Positions 48,129 through 60,843 are shown, counted from the stretch's first letter. The stretch: 64,000 bases of DNA from Pseudomonadota bacterium (GCA_036336885.1 JAYZFG010000006.1:8933-72932), one strand, 5' to 3'. Numbers and translations: made by a program. Notes: generated by a model not told the origin, from the letters alone.

Positions 48129-50888
48129 ATGGATAGTCCTCTTCCATTTGGCAGCTCAAAATCTTCGGAATCGCGATACGTCTTAGTGGCTGGGCCAAGC
48201 GATGCTATCATCCAATCTCCCGAGGACGAAATACGCCATATTAACCAGTCAAATACCGAAACAGTCATCAACTCGATCGAACCGCCTATCCTGTGTCATG
48301 CCCCATCTGTTTGTCGTAGACTAGATGTTAAAAAATTCGAGGCGCTTGATTTATTGGAGCTTTTTGCTTTTTGTCGGCCCTCGCAGTTTTGCGTCCCAAC
48401 TTCTAGCGGGATTGCCAAGGCGCTCAACCTTGATACACCTGAATCAATAGAGGAGGAGGCTAGAACCCTGCGCCACGCGAGCGAGGTTTTATTAAAAGAA
48501 TTAAATTTGATAGACCCCGAAGAAGACCCTGACGCATTTTTAATAGCTAAAGCAATGGAAAATGGTGGGTGGACGTGGGGGCCGATTGTCATGGACAATT
48601 TGGAGCATCTCGCTAATTCCAATACCCAGCCGCACCCCAGAAGTGGTCTAGACATCTGGATGCGATTAAATAGTTGGGCAGAGCATGCACCTGACCCACC
48701 TCCAGAAAATCAAGAAGTCACTGTTACAGAAACTCGACAGAGATTATCAGAGCTAACCGGGGAAGCTGCCGAACCTCGGCCACAACAAGCCGACTATGCG
48801 TCAGCCGTTTCCGCCGCTTTCGCTCCCAAAATCGAAGTTGGCAATCCTAAGGTTGTAATCGCCGAAGCGGGCACGGGGGTCGGTAAAACGCTAGGCTACA
48901 TCGCGCCTGCCAGTATTTGGGCAGACAAAAATGGTGGCACAGTCTGGCTGAGCACTTATACCAGAAATCTTCAACGCCAAATCGATGACGAGCTTAACCG
49001 CCTCCATCCCGATGGGCAAATGAAAGCTCGTCGCGTGGTAATACGCAAAGGACGAGAAAACTATCTTTGCCTCTTAAATTTAGAGGAGGCGGTTGGCCAG
49101 ATCCCGACCAGACCCGCAAGCGCCATAGGGGTTGGCCTGCTTGCCCGTTGGGCCGCGGTCACCCGGTCCGGCGATATTGCAAGCGGTGACTTTCCTTCTT
49201 GGTTGGTGGACCTTGTTGGATACCGCGACACACTGGCACTTGCGGACAGGCGTGGCGAATGCATTTATTCTTCATGCAGCCATTACACTAAATGCTTTAT
49301 CGAACGCAATATTCGGCAAGCCCGGCGTGCTGACCTCGTGGTGGCCAACCATGCATTGATAATGGCTCAGGCCACGTTGGGAGGTTTAGACGCAGACCAC
49401 GTTCCAACCCGGTTGGTTTTTGATGAGGGGCACCACCTGTTCGATTCTTCAGATATTGCATTCTCGGCTAAACTTTCCGGGTTACAGAGCTTTGAATTAC
49501 GTCGATGGCTACTGGGCGACGAAGGCGGTGACCGAAGCCGTTCGCGCGGATTGAAGGGTCGTATAGAAGATCTTATTTCTGCCGATGTGAAAACAGCCGA
49601 AACATTTGAATTATTAAGGGATGCCGCCCAATGTCTACCTCATACCGGCTGGATCACGCGGTTGGAAAGTAGAGACCAGCCTCATGGTCAAATGGAATCT
49701 TTTCTCAGCCTGGTCCGTAGACAGGTGTATGCCTATGCGAAAAACCCGAAAATCCCATACGACCTTGAGGCCAATATACACCCTACGATTGAAGGGCTAA
49801 AAGATGCAGCCGTTGGCCTTGAAAGAGCACTAAGTGATCTTTCACAACCAATGAAAGATTTAAATTCTCGACTTTTATACCTGTTAGACTCTGAAACTGA
49901 CAATTTTGACACCCAGACGCGCCAGCGAATTGATGCAGCCTGCCGCGGGTTAATCCGCCGCAGCGAAAACGAGATTGATATCTGGCGAGCAATGTTAAAA
50001 GCATTAAATGATGTTATGCCGGAAAATTTTATCGACTGGTTTTCGGTCGAGCGTGGTGTAAGTCGTGATAACGATATCGGTATGTATCGGCACTGGGTAG
50101 ATCCCACTATTCCCTTTTCGGAGTATGTGGTCCGACCGGCCCACGGGGTTGTAATAACCTCTGCAACTCTGCGTGACAGTTCGGGTGATAATGAAAATGA
50201 TTGGAAAAATGCCGAAAAAGTAACCGGCACAGCCCATCTAGAAGCTCCGGCGATCCGAGCCAATATTCCCTCACCGTTTAATTATTCTATACTGACTAAG
50301 GTATTTATCGTTAACGATGTTAACAGAACAAACAACGATCAAATAGCTTCGGCCTATCGTGAATTGTTTCTCTGCTCAAATGGAGGAGCACTTGGCCTAT
50401 TTACAGCTATTTCCCGTTTACGCGTTGTGCATAGTAAAATTGCAATTCCTCTGGAGCAGTCAGGCCTATCACTCCTCGCACAACATGTAGATGGGATAGA
50501 TACTGCCAGCCTGATAGAAATTTTTCGATCGGAAATTAATACCTGTATCCTTGGTACTGACGCAATCCGTGATGGCGTAGACATACCAGGCGACGCGTTA
50601 AGACTGGTTGTATTTGATCGCATTCCTTGGCCTCGTCCAACTATCCTGCATCGAGCGCGCAAAAATGCATTTGACGGCAATGCATACGATGATCGCATCG
50701 CTCGGCTACGTCTTAAACAAGCGTATGGTCGATTGATCAGACGAGACACCGATCGCGGAATATTTGTTATCCTTGATTCACGGACACCCACAAGGCTGTT
50801 GACGGCCTTTCCCGAAGGTGTCGAGATTAAACGGGTGGGTCTTGCTGAAGCGGTTAGGGGGACCAGAAACTTTCTGAAACTTACTTAG
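48129..50888 (+). CDS. dinG: DinG/YoaA family Fe-S DNA helicase
   Basis: 'EAGTGVGKT', 'RKGRENYLC', Fe-S cysteines, 'FDEGHH', 'TSATL', 'DGVDIPG' and 'QAYGRLIR'. Start set at the ATG at 48129. Confidence 0.9.
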   Translation: MDSPLPFGSSKSSESRYVLVAGPSDAIIQSPEDEIRHINQSNTETVINSIEPPILCHAPSVCRRLDVKKFEALDLLELFAFCRPSQFCVPTSSGIAKALNLDTPESIEEEARTLRHASEVLLKELNLIDPEEDPDAFLIAKAMENGGWTWGPIVMDNLEHLANSNTQPHPRSGLDIWMRLNSWAEHAPDPPPENQEVTVTETRQRLSELTGEAAEPRPQQADYASAVSAAFAPKIEVGNPKVVIAEAGTGVGKTLGYIAPASIWADKNGGTVWLSTYTRNLQRQIDDELNRLHPDGQMKARRVVIRKGRENYLCLLNLEEAVGQIPTRPASAIGVGLLARWAAVTRSGDIASGDFPSWLVDLVGYRDTLALADRRGECIYSSCSHYTKCFIERNIRQARRADLVVANHALIMAQATLGGLDADHVPTRLVFDEGHHLFDSSDIAFSAKLSGLQSFELRRWLLGDEGGDRSRSRGLKGRIEDLISADVKTAETFELLRDAAQCLPHTGWITRLESRDQPHGQMESFLSLVRRQVYAYAKNPKIPYDLEANIHPTIEGLKDAAVGLERALSDLSQPMKDLNSRLLYLLDSETDNFDTQTRQRIDAACRGLIRRSENEIDIWRAMLKALNDVMPENFIDWFSVERGVSRDNDIGMYRHWVDPTIPFSEYVVRPAHGVVITSATLRDSSGDNENDWKNAEKVTGTAHLEAPAIRANIPSPFNYSILTKVFIVNDVNRTNNDQIASAYRELFLCSNGGALGLFTAISRLRVVHSKIAIPLEQSGLSLLAQHVDGIDTASLIEIFRSEINTCILGTDAIRDGVDIPGDALRLVVFDRIPWPRPTILHRARKNAFDGNAYDDRIARLRLKQAYGRLIRRDTDRGIFVILDSRTPTRLLTAFPEGVEIKRVGLAEAVRGTRNFLKLT

Positions 50889-50925
50889 AAATTGGAAATA
50901 ATTAACCTTATTAATTATTAAAATG

Positions 50926-50952
50926 AAAAAGGCCCCGCTAATGCGAGGCCTT
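50926..50952 (-). terminator. Intrinsic terminator of groESL
   Basis: Minus strand AAGGCCTCGC-ATTA-GCGGGGCCTT followed by T residues. Confidence 0.85.
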
Positions 50953-50990
50953 AATCGTTTGGCTTTGGTTAAACAGTGCAAGAAAACACC

Positions 50991-52646
<1,656 letters not shown>

Positions 52647-52656
52647 TCAGATCTCC

Positions 52657-52944
52657 TTACTCGATGATGCCCATAATATCGGATTCCTTCATAATCAGGT
52701 AATCCTTACCGTCCACCTTAATCTCGGTGCCGGACCACTTGCCGTAAAGGACACGGTCGCCCTTTTTGACGTCAAGTGCACTAATATTTCCGTCCTCGCC
52801 CCGAACACCCGGTCCGGTTGAAATGACTTTTCCTTCCTGTGGCTTTTCCTGAGCCGTATCAGGGAGAATCACGCCGCCTGCTGTTTTGGCCTCAGCTTCG
52901 AGGGCCTCCACCACGACGCGGTCATGCAATGGCCTAAATTTCAT
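52657..52944 (-). CDS. groES: Co-chaperonin GroES
   Basis: '[10 protein letters not shown]', 'TAGG.ILPDTA.EKP' and 'MKESDI'. Confidence 0.99.
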   Translation of the reverse strand: MKFRPLHDRVVVEALEAEAKTAGGVILPDTAQEKPQEGKVISTGPGVRGEDGNISALDVKKGDRVLYGKWSGTEIKVDGKDYLIMKESDIMGIIE

Positions 52945-52991
52945 TTGCGCGCTCCAAATTAATCGTTGATATTAAAGGGGATTTTACCTTG

Positions 52992-53018
52992 TTAGCACTC
53001 TCCCCCGAAGAGTGCCGG
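52992..53018 (-). promoter_or_regulatory. CIRCE element (HrcA operator)
   Basis: TTAGCACTC-N9-GAGTGCCGG compared with the consensus TTAGCACTC-N9-GAGTGCTAA, directly upstream of groES. Confidence 0.92.
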
Positions 53019-53019
53019 A

Positions 53020-53049
53020 TATATAAGTATGACCTTCTAGCCTGTCAAG
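53020..53049 (-). promoter_or_regulatory. RpoH (sigma32)-type promoter of groESL
   Basis: Minus strand CTTGAC...CTTATAT resembles the alphaproteobacterial CTTG-N17/18-CYTAT heat-shock consensus. Confidence 0.65.
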
Positions 53050-53172
53050 GACATCAAAATAAAAAATTTATATCTTTTTTCATAAATCTAAGGAAATTAT
53101 TCGGTTTCAATAGGAAATTCTTGTTCTGACTGTTGCCAAAGCCTATTTACAAAAAGAAAAAGTCATAAAGAA

Positions 53173-54246
53173 ATGCTAAAAGAAACAATTTCAAAACCTT
53201 TGACCTTGGTTGTAGAACGAGACTCCCAGCTAACACCAAAATTTGTTGGTTATTGGCTTTTGATCTGCTGTTTTATGGTTGGAGGCATGATTTTACTTGG
53301 TGGAGCAACCCGACTAACCGGCAGCGGTCTATCCATTGTTGACTGGAAACCATTGACTGGGTTCTTTCCACCAACTAGTCAGGTTGAGTGGGAGACACTA
53401 TTCGCCTCTTACAAAACAAGCCCAGAATTTATGAAGATAAATTTCTGGATGACTACTGACGACTTTAAGTCGATTTACTGGCTCGAATATCTGCACCGCC
53501 TATGGGGAAAACTCATTGGTCTTGTTTTTCTTTTACCATACCTTTGGATAGTAATTCGGAGGAAAATTCCCTTTCTCCTCTCTCTAAAATTAGGCGGATT
53601 ATTTTCATTAATCTGTCTGCAAGGAATTATTGGCTGGTATATGGTTAAAAGTGGATTGGTCGATGAGCCTTTTGTCAGCCAGTATCGCTTGGCATTGCAC
53701 CTTGGTCTTGCTTTTTTGATTTTTGGCTTACTATTTTGGTTTGCTATCAATTTCTTAACACCGCGCCGCCATAAAACTCGCTCCGTATGGCTTCGCAGCG
53801 GCTCTTTGATTATCCTTTACTGCACTTTCATTACTATCATTTCAGGAGCTTTTGTCGCTGGATTAGATGCAGGACTAACCTATAACACCTTCCCATTAAT
53901 GGACGGCCAGTGGGTGCCGGCCGGTATCTTGGTAATGTCTCCTTGGTGGGTTAATTTGTTCGAAAACACGGCAGCTGTGCAATTCACGCATCGATTGATA
54001 GCAATTGGAACAGTTACATTAACGATTTTATTCTGGATCTTAGCATCCAGAGAAATCCTTGATGTTGGAGTATCTCGTGCCATCAACTCACTAACGATAC
54101 TTGTTATTTGCCAATTGGGATTAGGTATTGCAACATTACTCACTGAGGTAGAAATTTTATTGGCTTTATTACATCAATTTGGTGCGCTATCGATTTTTAC
54201 GGCATCAATTTGGGTGAAATATCAACTCGGTATTCAGATAGAATAA
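53173..54246 (+). CDS. ctaA: Heme A synthase (COX15/CtaA type 2)
   Basis: 'GGATRLTGSGLSI..W', 'EYLHRLWG', 'YRLA.HL', 'AGL.YNTFPLM' and 'QFTHR'. Confidence 0.96.
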   Translation: MLKETISKPLTLVVERDSQLTPKFVGYWLLICCFMVGGMILLGGATRLTGSGLSIVDWKPLTGFFPPTSQVEWETLFASYKTSPEFMKINFWMTTDDFKSIYWLEYLHRLWGKLIGLVFLLPYLWIVIRRKIPFLLSLKLGGLFSLICLQGIIGWYMVKSGLVDEPFVSQYRLALHLGLAFLIFGLLFWFAINFLTPRRHKTRSVWLRSGSLIILYCTFITIISGAFVAGLDAGLTYNTFPLMDGQWVPAGILVMSPWWVNLFENTAAVQFTHRLIAIGTVTLTILFWILASREILDVGVSRAINSLTILVICQLGLGIATLLTEVEILLALLHQFGALSIFTASIWVKYQLGIQIE

Positions 54247-54370
54247 CCGCACGATAGAATTTATATTTAGGGATAATACTGGTCTCTGCACCGATTAAAA
54301 AATAAAATCTATGCGTATATAATAAAACCTATACTCTTGACGTAATTCTTTTTGAACTGTAGTAACGCTT

Positions 54371-54430
54371 ATGTGGTGATTTGAGCCCGACTGGCTTGCG
54401 GCCACATTAAAAAAACCGCTAAAAGGTCGG
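54371..54430 (+). ncRNA. SAM-II (SAM-alpha) riboswitch aptamer
   Basis: P1 ATGTGG/CCACAT, conserved TGATTT, GCTTGC and GCTAAA, and a CCGACT/GGTCGG pseudoknot, upstream of a methionine biosynthesis gene. Confidence 0.9.
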
Positions 54431-54440
54431 CGCCTTACGA

Positions 54441-54469
54441 AGCCCTGACCTAGGTGGTCGGGGTTTTTT
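54441..54469 (+). terminator. Riboswitch-controlled intrinsic terminator
   Basis: AGCCCTGACC-TAGGT-GGTCGGGGTT stem followed by a T run. Confidence 0.82.
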
Positions 54470-54520
54470 ATATTGGGCTCAGGACTGCTGACTTTATTAA
54501 AACAGCAGGAGGTAATGGCG

Positions 54521-55714
54521 ATGGCAATGGAACCAAAAGAACAAAAATGGCGTACCCAAACCCAACTCGTACGAGGCGGTACAAGGCGCTCTGAGTTTGA
54601 CGAAACCAATGAAGCAATCTTTATGACGTCCGGGTTTATTTATGAAAAGGCTGAAGATGCAGAAGCTGCTTTTAAAAACGAAGTCGACCGTTTCATCTAC
54701 TCTCGTTACGGGAATCCTACAAATGAGATGTTTCAAGACCGCTTTTGCCTATTGGAGGGTGCCGAGGCATGCCGTGCGACCGCAAGTGGCATGGCCGCCG
54801 TCTTTGCCTCACTAGCGTGTTATGTTAACGCCGGTGATCGGGTGGTGGGTTCAAGGGCATTATTTGGGTCCTGTCAATTTATTTTAACTGAAATTCTCCC
54901 CCGCTTTGGAGTTGAAGTTGAAATCATTGATGGAGCAAATCTCAGCCAGTGGGAAAAAGCCCTGAGCCAACCAACTAAGGCCGTCTTTTTTGAAACACCG
55001 TCCAATCCTGGATTAGAAATTATTGACATCTGCTCGGTTTGCCAAATGGCACACAACGCCGGAGCCCTAGTCATTGTTGATAATGTATTTGCCACACCCA
55101 TTTTACAAAAACCTCTAGAATTAGGGGCTGACGTCGTGGTTTATTCAACTACCAAACACATTGATGGTCAGGGTCGTACCATGGGAGGTGCCATTCTCGG
55201 GCCGCAAGAATGGGTTGATAATGTACTCAGTCCATTTTATAGGCATACTGGCCCGTCAATGAGTCCGTTTAATGCGTGGTTGCTTTTGAAAGGATTAGAA
55301 ACACTTGATTTACGAGTAGAAAAACACTGTAAAAATGCCATGGAAATTGCTAAGTTTTTGATCGAGCATGAAACTCCTAATAGAGTTCTTTATCCTGGTT
55401 TAGATTCACATCCACAGTATGAACTAGCTAAAACGCAAATGTCTGATTTTGGTACGGTGGTTTGTATTGATTTAAATGGCAAAAAGGATGAAGCCTTTCG
55501 TTTTATGAATGCGTTAAAACTGATAGATATTTCTAACAATCTCGGGGACACTAAAAGCCTGACCACTCACCCAGCGACAACAACACATCAAAGACTTTCC
55601 GAAGAAGAACGGGCTCAATTAGGTATTACTGATGGATTCGTTCGCTTGTCAATTGGTTTAGAGGATATTGACGACTTAAAAGAAGATATTGCCCAAGCAC
55701 TATCAAAAGTGTAA
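54521..55714 (+). CDS. metZ: O-succinylhomoserine sulfhydrylase
   Basis: 'T.LVRGG..RS.F.ET.EA', 'YSRYGNPT', 'YSTTKHIDGQGR' and 'ISNNLGDTKS'. AGGAGG RBS. Alternative start at 54515. Confidence 0.95.
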   Translation: MAMEPKEQKWRTQTQLVRGGTRRSEFDETNEAIFMTSGFIYEKAEDAEAAFKNEVDRFIYSRYGNPTNEMFQDRFCLLEGAEACRATASGMAAVFASLACYVNAGDRVVGSRALFGSCQFILTEILPRFGVEVEIIDGANLSQWEKALSQPTKAVFFETPSNPGLEIIDICSVCQMAHNAGALVIVDNVFATPILQKPLELGADVVVYSTTKHIDGQGRTMGGAILGPQEWVDNVLSPFYRHTGPSMSPFNAWLLLKGLETLDLRVEKHCKNAMEIAKFLIEHETPNRVLYPGLDSHPQYELAKTQMSDFGTVVCIDLNGKKDEAFRFMNALKLIDISNNLGDTKSLTTHPATTTHQRLSEEERAQLGITDGFVRLSIGLEDIDDLKEDIAQALSKV

Positions 55715-55780
55715 CGGAACACTTACATAACAGATATCTTTAATGGCGACATATTCTAATTCACCGCCAGGAGAAATAAA

Positions 55781-56173
55781 ATGTATGAAGCAACCACCAG
55801 AAGTATTCGAGTTTCAGTTGAACCGATATTTCTGGATGATCAGTCAGCTCCAGACGAAGATCACTATGTCTGGGCTTATCAAGTGCAAATTAGGAACGAT
55901 GGAATGGAGCCCGTTCAGCTTTTAAATAGACACTGGCGGATAACTGATGCACGTGGTCAGTTACAGGAGGTTAAAGGCGAGGGTGTCGTCGGCGAACAAC
56001 CAATGTTAAAACCTGGAGAAGCATTCGAATATACCAGTGGCACACCACTAGCAACTCCATCGGGTATCATGTTTGGTTCATATGAAATGGAAACAAAAAC
56101 TGGTGAGCGTTTCGATATAGAAATCCCGGCTTTTTCTCTTGATAGCCCTTATCAAGCCAGACAACTGAATTAA
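55781..56173 (+). CDS. apaG: ApaG protein
   Basis: 'VQLL.RHW.ITD', 'V.GEGVVGEQP' and 'FEYTSG.PL.TPSG.M.G.Y'. Confidence 0.96.
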   Translation: MYEATTRSIRVSVEPIFLDDQSAPDEDHYVWAYQVQIRNDGMEPVQLLNRHWRITDARGQLQEVKGEGVVGEQPMLKPGEAFEYTSGTPLATPSGIMFGSYEMETKTGERFDIEIPAFSLDSPYQARQLN

Positions 56174-56243
56174 TCAGATTATAGAATATCTTCATCCCCT
56201 AAGGATAGCAGATAAACAGATAAATGGCAGAAGGACATAGAAA

Positions 56244-56885
56244 ATGGAACCTTTAAAACGTGCTATGAATAGTGGTCCAATCGAGGTTACCAGTCGGCCG
56301 ACCCAGGCGGAAGCAGAGGAAGCCGTTCGTGTTTTACTCCGCTGGGCTGGTGACAATCCCGCACGGGAAGGACTACTTGATACGCCTAGGCGAGTAACCA
56401 ACGCCTTTAGCGAGTGGTTTGCTGGGTATGAAGTTAATCCAGAAGAAATTTTAGCACGAACATTTGAAGAAGTAGAAGGTTATGACGAAATGGTGGTCCT
56501 TAGGAATGTTCGCTTTGAATCCCATTGCGAGCATCACTTGGCACCGATAATTGGAAAGGCTCATATTGCTTACCTGCCTGATCGGCGAGTTGTGGGTATC
56601 AGTAAGTTAGCCCGACTGGTAGATGCCTATGGAAAACGCCTTCAAATTCAAGAAAAAATGACGGCCCAAATTGCAAAAACCTTAAGTGATATTCTCGAGC
56701 CGAAAGGAGTTGGCGTCGTAATCGAAGCGTCTCACGGTTGTATGACCACCCGTGGAATCCATAAATCGGGACTTACAATGGTCACCAGCCAAATGATGGG
56801 AGCTTTTCGAGAACAAGCACCTACACGACGAGAATTTCTTGCCGCAATTGGCAACCCTACATCTGGCTCAGGCCATATAGACTAA
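56244..56885 (+). CDS. folE: GTP cyclohydrolase I
   Basis: '[10 protein letters not shown]', 'SHCEHHL.P', 'GISKLAR', 'RLQIQE' and 'HGCM..RG'. Confidence 0.97.
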   Translation: MEPLKRAMNSGPIEVTSRPTQAEAEEAVRVLLRWAGDNPAREGLLDTPRRVTNAFSEWFAGYEVNPEEILARTFEEVEGYDEMVVLRNVRFESHCEHHLAPIIGKAHIAYLPDRRVVGISKLARLVDAYGKRLQIQEKMTAQIAKTLSDILEPKGVGVVIEASHGCMTTRGIHKSGLTMVTSQMMGAFREQAPTRREFLAAIGNPTSGSGHID

Positions 56886-56921
56886 GGGTTAATTCCTGCA
56901 AATCTGCAGAAAAATATTACG

Positions 56922-58370
56922 ATGATTGACCTCAGACCTGCCTTATTTGTTATAGGTATTTTGCTAACCACCATCGCCGTGGCGATGCTAGCACCTTTCG
57001 CTGTGGATTTGTTAAATGGGCACCCTGACTGGAAAGTTTTTGCTGCTGCCGGTACTTTGACACTTTTTGTTGGTGGTGTTTTAGTCCTTACTAACCAAGC
57101 TCCAATAAGAAAACTTTCAATTCAGCAGGCATTTATTTTAACAGCGGCTAGCTGGCTATCAATCACGATGTTTGCAGCACTGCCATTTGTATTTTCAGAA
57201 GTTAAGCTTAGTTATACAGATGCCTTTTTCGAAGCAATGTCGGGGATAACAACTACAGGTTCTACTGTAATGACAGGCCTCGATGACGCCCCTAAGGGAA
57301 TACTTTTGTGGAGAGCACTTCTCCAGTGGCTAGGAGGTATTGGCATAATTGTTATGGCTATCGCAGTTCTACCAATGTTGCGCGTGGGAGGAATGCAATT
57401 ATTCAAAGTTGAAGCTTTTGAAACTCAGGAAAAAGTTCTTCCGCGTGCGGGCCAAATAGCAGCATGGATAACTTTTGTTTATATTGGCTTGACAGCAATT
57501 TGGGCTATCGGCCTTTGGATTTTAGATATGGAAAGGTTTCCTGCCGTAATACACGCGATGACAACTATTGCGACCGGTGGTTATTCATCGTCAGACCAAT
57601 CAATAGCAGTATTTGAAAGTCCACCCATCGAAATTTTTATTACTGTCGGGATGCTGGTAGGTGCAATGCCTTTTTTACTTTACCTACGTATAATCCGTGA
57701 GGGGTCATTTGCGTTCACACGTGACCCACAAGTGCGATGCTTTATGGCTATTGCACTAATTGCATCTGGTGGAGTCATTTTTTGGCTTTGGACATCTAAC
57801 GAAATGTCTTTTGATCGAGCAGCAGTAAGCGGTGCCTTTAATACGGTATCCATTATGACAGGCACTGGCTATACGTCGGCGGACTATCAAAACTGGGGGG
57901 CATTTCCCGTAGTAATTTTATTTTTATTAATGTTCGTCGGAGGATGTGCGGGTTCAACTGCCTGTGGCATTAAAATTTTTCGGTTTCAGGTTTTATTTTC
58001 GACTGTTCACACACAGTTTCAACAATTATTACAACCTCACGGCGTATTTGTACCACACTATAACCACCGGCCAATTGCTGAGGACGTAGTCCAATCAGTA
58101 ATGAATTTCTTTTTCCTTTTTATAGGAACTTTTGCCGCTTTGGCACTTATACTAGGTGCACTAGGCCTTGATTATGTTACAGCCATTACCGGTGCAGCGA
58201 CGGCTATTTGTAACGTGGGACCGGCTATGGGCCCAATCATTGGACCCTCTGGAAATTTTTCATCCCTACCTGATGCAGCAAAATGGACCTTATCGGCAGG
58301 CATGATTCTAGGCCGCCTTGAACTCTTTACTATTCTAATCCTCTTTGTTCCATCATTTTGGAAACGCTAA
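56922..58370 (+). CDS. trkH: Trk system potassium uptake membrane protein
   Basis: Pore loops 'SGITTTGS', 'TTIATGG', 'SIMTGTG' and 'CNVGP', plus 'GRLE'. Confidence 0.95.
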   Translation: MIDLRPALFVIGILLTTIAVAMLAPFAVDLLNGHPDWKVFAAAGTLTLFVGGVLVLTNQAPIRKLSIQQAFILTAASWLSITMFAALPFVFSEVKLSYTDAFFEAMSGITTTGSTVMTGLDDAPKGILLWRALLQWLGGIGIIVMAIAVLPMLRVGGMQLFKVEAFETQEKVLPRAGQIAAWITFVYIGLTAIWAIGLWILDMERFPAVIHAMTTIATGGYSSSDQSIAVFESPPIEIFITVGMLVGAMPFLLYLRIIREGSFAFTRDPQVRCFMAIALIASGGVIFWLWTSNEMSFDRAAVSGAFNTVSIMTGTGYTSADYQNWGAFPVVILFLLMFVGGCAGSTACGIKIFRFQVLFSTVHTQFQQLLQPHGVFVPHYNHRPIAEDVVQSVMNFFFLFIGTFAALALILGALGLDYVTAITGAATAICNVGPAMGPIIGPSGNFSSLPDAAKWTLSAGMILGRLELFTILILFVPSFWKR

Positions 58371-58954
58371 CGCAGCCATTTCTGAAAATATTTCCGAATC
58401 TGGCTCTCCAATGAACGGTTTAGGTCATTCATCATGAATTCTAACATTCGAAACCAAATTATCTCGCGCTCCGCCAAGGTCACATCTTCTGAAACAGTTT
58501 GGGACCTTTTAGCCTTTGAAGACACCGTTCCTCGCAAAACGCCCTCAGAATCAAATATTTCTATCTTAGCGGATAGGACAGCGTCGTATCGCTCGGATTG
58601 ATCTTTCGTAAAAACTCCGCGAATTCCCCCACTTCTCTTTAATGGAACCTCAATAACGCTAGCATCTGTTACAGTCGCGCGGATTACAGCAGAACCACCA
58701 ACCGCAGATAAACGATCTTTAAACCAATTACTTACAACCGTTGCAGGCAAAATGGGAAATTCTGTTTCTACATTAGGTTTTTTAAAAGCCGATTGATATT
58801 TTGTTTTTACGTCAATCTTCGATACAGCTAGCGAGATTACAGGAAGGTGTGTGTAACGAAGTTCAGGAAAAATCTTCGTTTTCTCTATCGCCTCGCAGGC
58901 CAAAAGGAATGCAGGTAATAGCAATACAACACAGCACTTCCGAATAAATCTCAT
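58367..58954 (-). CDS. Conserved hypothetical lipoprotein
   Basis: Lipobox 'LLAC' after a basic/hydrophobic signal. Follows hslO in the same direction. Confidence 0.78.
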   Translation of the reverse strand: MRFIRKCCVVLLLPAFLLACEAIEKTKIFPELRYTHLPVISLAVSKIDVKTKYQSAFKKPNVETEFPILPATVVSNWFKDRLSAVGGSAVIRATVTDASVIEVPLKRSGGIRGVFTKDQSERYDAVLSAKIEIFDSEGVLRGTVSSKAKRSQTVSEDVTLAEREIIWFRMLEFMMNDLNRSLESQIRKYFQKWLR

Positions 58955-58990
58955 AGCGCAACTCCTTAATTGAATAAAAGTGTTATCGCA

Positions 58991-59947
58991 TTAACCAGAT
59001 TTTAATTCCCTAAAAATATCGTCAATGTTATTTTGACAAAATCGGTAGTCGGCATTGCAAAATTCACAGGTTACCAAAACCTCACCATTAACTTTCATAG
59101 AATCCACTTCATCGCGCGGAAACGAAGCTAGTACATTTTGAATTCGTTCCCTTGAGCAACGACATTTCATATACAAATTAGAAGGTTCAAATACTCTAAC
59201 CCCATCTTCAGAAAATAATCTGAAAAGCAAATTATGTGGATGTAAATGGGGATTTAGCAGTTCACTGTTTGTACAACTACTCAGGAAAACAACTGCTCTT
59301 CGCCATGATTCTTCAAAATCTAGGTCATCCTTTTGCCCTGCTAAATTTTGCACTCCAGCCGACGGCAATTTTTGTAGTAGCACACCACCACCACGCCAAG
59401 TAGATCCAACCTTATCTTCGACCTCTGAAACGACAACTTTAAGCGCCGCGTCAAGTTGAGCCGATTGATTTAGGTATTTTTCTGCACATTCTACCAACGT
59501 TTCTCCCTCTAAAGACACTACGCCCTGATAGGGTTCTGTGTCCGGGCCTTGATCAACAGTTAATGAAAAAAATCCATTTCCTAGGAAGCGCGATACCTTT
59601 TGTTGAGGCCCACTAGATAAATTTCCATTTAAATTTTTTAACTTTTCTAAATCGAACTTTGCTAAACCTCGCATATGGCCATCGGATGTGACATCTACTA
59701 TGAGCAACGTGATGGCCCCATCACCCTTAATTTGAATTGATAAAACACCATCAAACTTCAGTACCCCGGACATAAGCCCACCAATTACTTGTAGCTCACC
59801 TAACAGAACCGCCACTTCTTTGGGGTAATTCCCGGCAGTCAAAACCTTATTGATAGTTTCGCCTAAGCGAACTAACCGACCTTGGGCAACTCTGGTTTCA
59901 AGTTGAAATGGCTGTAACTTATTATCTGGTATTGACTTATTGTTCAC
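58991..59947 (-). CDS. hslO: Hsp33 redox-regulated chaperone
   Basis: 'GRLVRLG', 'LKF.G...IQ.KGDG', 'YQGVV.L' and Zn motif 'CRCS...CEFC'. GTGA overlap with the argF stop. Confidence 0.94.
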   Translation of the reverse strand: MNNKSIPDNKLQPFQLETRVAQGRLVRLGETINKVLTAGNYPKEVAVLLGELQVIGGLMSGVLKFDGVLSIQIKGDGAITLLIVDVTSDGHMRGLAKFDLEKLKNLNGNLSSGPQQKVSRFLGNGFFSLTVDQGPDTEPYQGVVSLEGETLVECAEKYLNQSAQLDAALKVVVSEVEDKVGSTWRGGGVLLQKLPSAGVQNLAGQKDDLDFEESWRRAVVFLSSCTNSELLNPHLHPHNLLFRLFSEDGVRVFEPSNLYMKCRCSRERIQNVLASFPRDEVDSMKVNGEVLVTCEFCNADYRFCQNNIDDIFRELKSG

Positions 59948-60843
59948 CCCAGACACCAAACAAGTATTCCCTTTTGGGCATGTAACCGGTTTTCCGCTTC
60001 GTCCCATACAACGGATTGAGGCCCATCTATAACACCAGTTGTGACCTCCTCGCCGCGATGGGCCGGCAGACAATGCATAAAAATAGCCTCCGAACCTGCC
60101 TGGGCCATTAATTCACTATTCACAATATATGGTTCTAATAGTTTATAACGGTTTGTGGACGGCTGATTACCCATTGAAACCCAAGTATCTGTAACGACAC
60201 AATCTGCACCGCGAACCGCCTCTAATGGATCCTCAGTTTCTTTCACGGTTTTGCCTTCTGCGGCAGCTCTTTCGACCTCTGATCGTGGAATGGAAAGTTC
60301 AGAAGGATATGCTAAGGATAACTCAAAATTGAATTGCACCGCAGCATGAACCCAGGTAACCGCCATATTATTTCCGTCACCAACCCACGCTATTTTTCGC
60401 CCTTCTATGTTGCCCTTGTATTCTTCAAATGTCATCACGTCTGCCATTAGTTGGCAGGGGTGCGAACGGTCGGTAAGGGCATTGATGACAGGCACCGTAG
60501 AGTTGTTTGCTAGTTCTATCATCTTATTGGGGTCATTGGTCCTGAGCATAATTGCGTCGACGTATCGACTAAGCACCCGCGCAGTATCAGCAATCGTCTC
60601 TCCTCTACCGATTTGCATTTCATCTGGATTCAACACAACTGTCGAACCACCAAGTTGTTTCATACCAACCTCAAAAGATACACGAGTTCTTGTAGATGGT
60701 TTTTCAAAAATCATCGCTAATGTTTTACCTTTGAGTGGGGGTGAAACTCCTCTCCCATTTTTAAAATCAGAACCCAGCTTTAACATCCGCCGTAATTCTT
60801 TATTTTCTATGAGATCAAGATCTAGAAAATGTCTTAATTTCAT
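59944..60843 (-). CDS. argF: Ornithine carbamoyltransferase
   Basis: '[12 protein letters not shown]', 'HPCQ', 'DTWVSMG' and '[10 protein letters not shown]'. Start moved to the ATG at 60843. Confidence 0.97.
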   Translation of the reverse strand: MKLRHFLDLDLIENKELRRMLKLGSDFKNGRGVSPPLKGKTLAMIFEKPSTRTRVSFEVGMKQLGGSTVVLNPDEMQIGRGETIADTARVLSRYVDAIMLRTNDPNKMIELANNSTVPVINALTDRSHPCQLMADVMTFEEYKGNIEGRKIAWVGDGNNMAVTWVHAAVQFNFELSLAYPSELSIPRSEVERAAAEGKTVKETEDPLEAVRGADCVVTDTWVSMGNQPSTNRYKLLEPYIVNSELMAQAGSEAIFMHCLPAHRGEEVTTGVIDGPQSVVWDEAENRLHAQKGILVWCLG

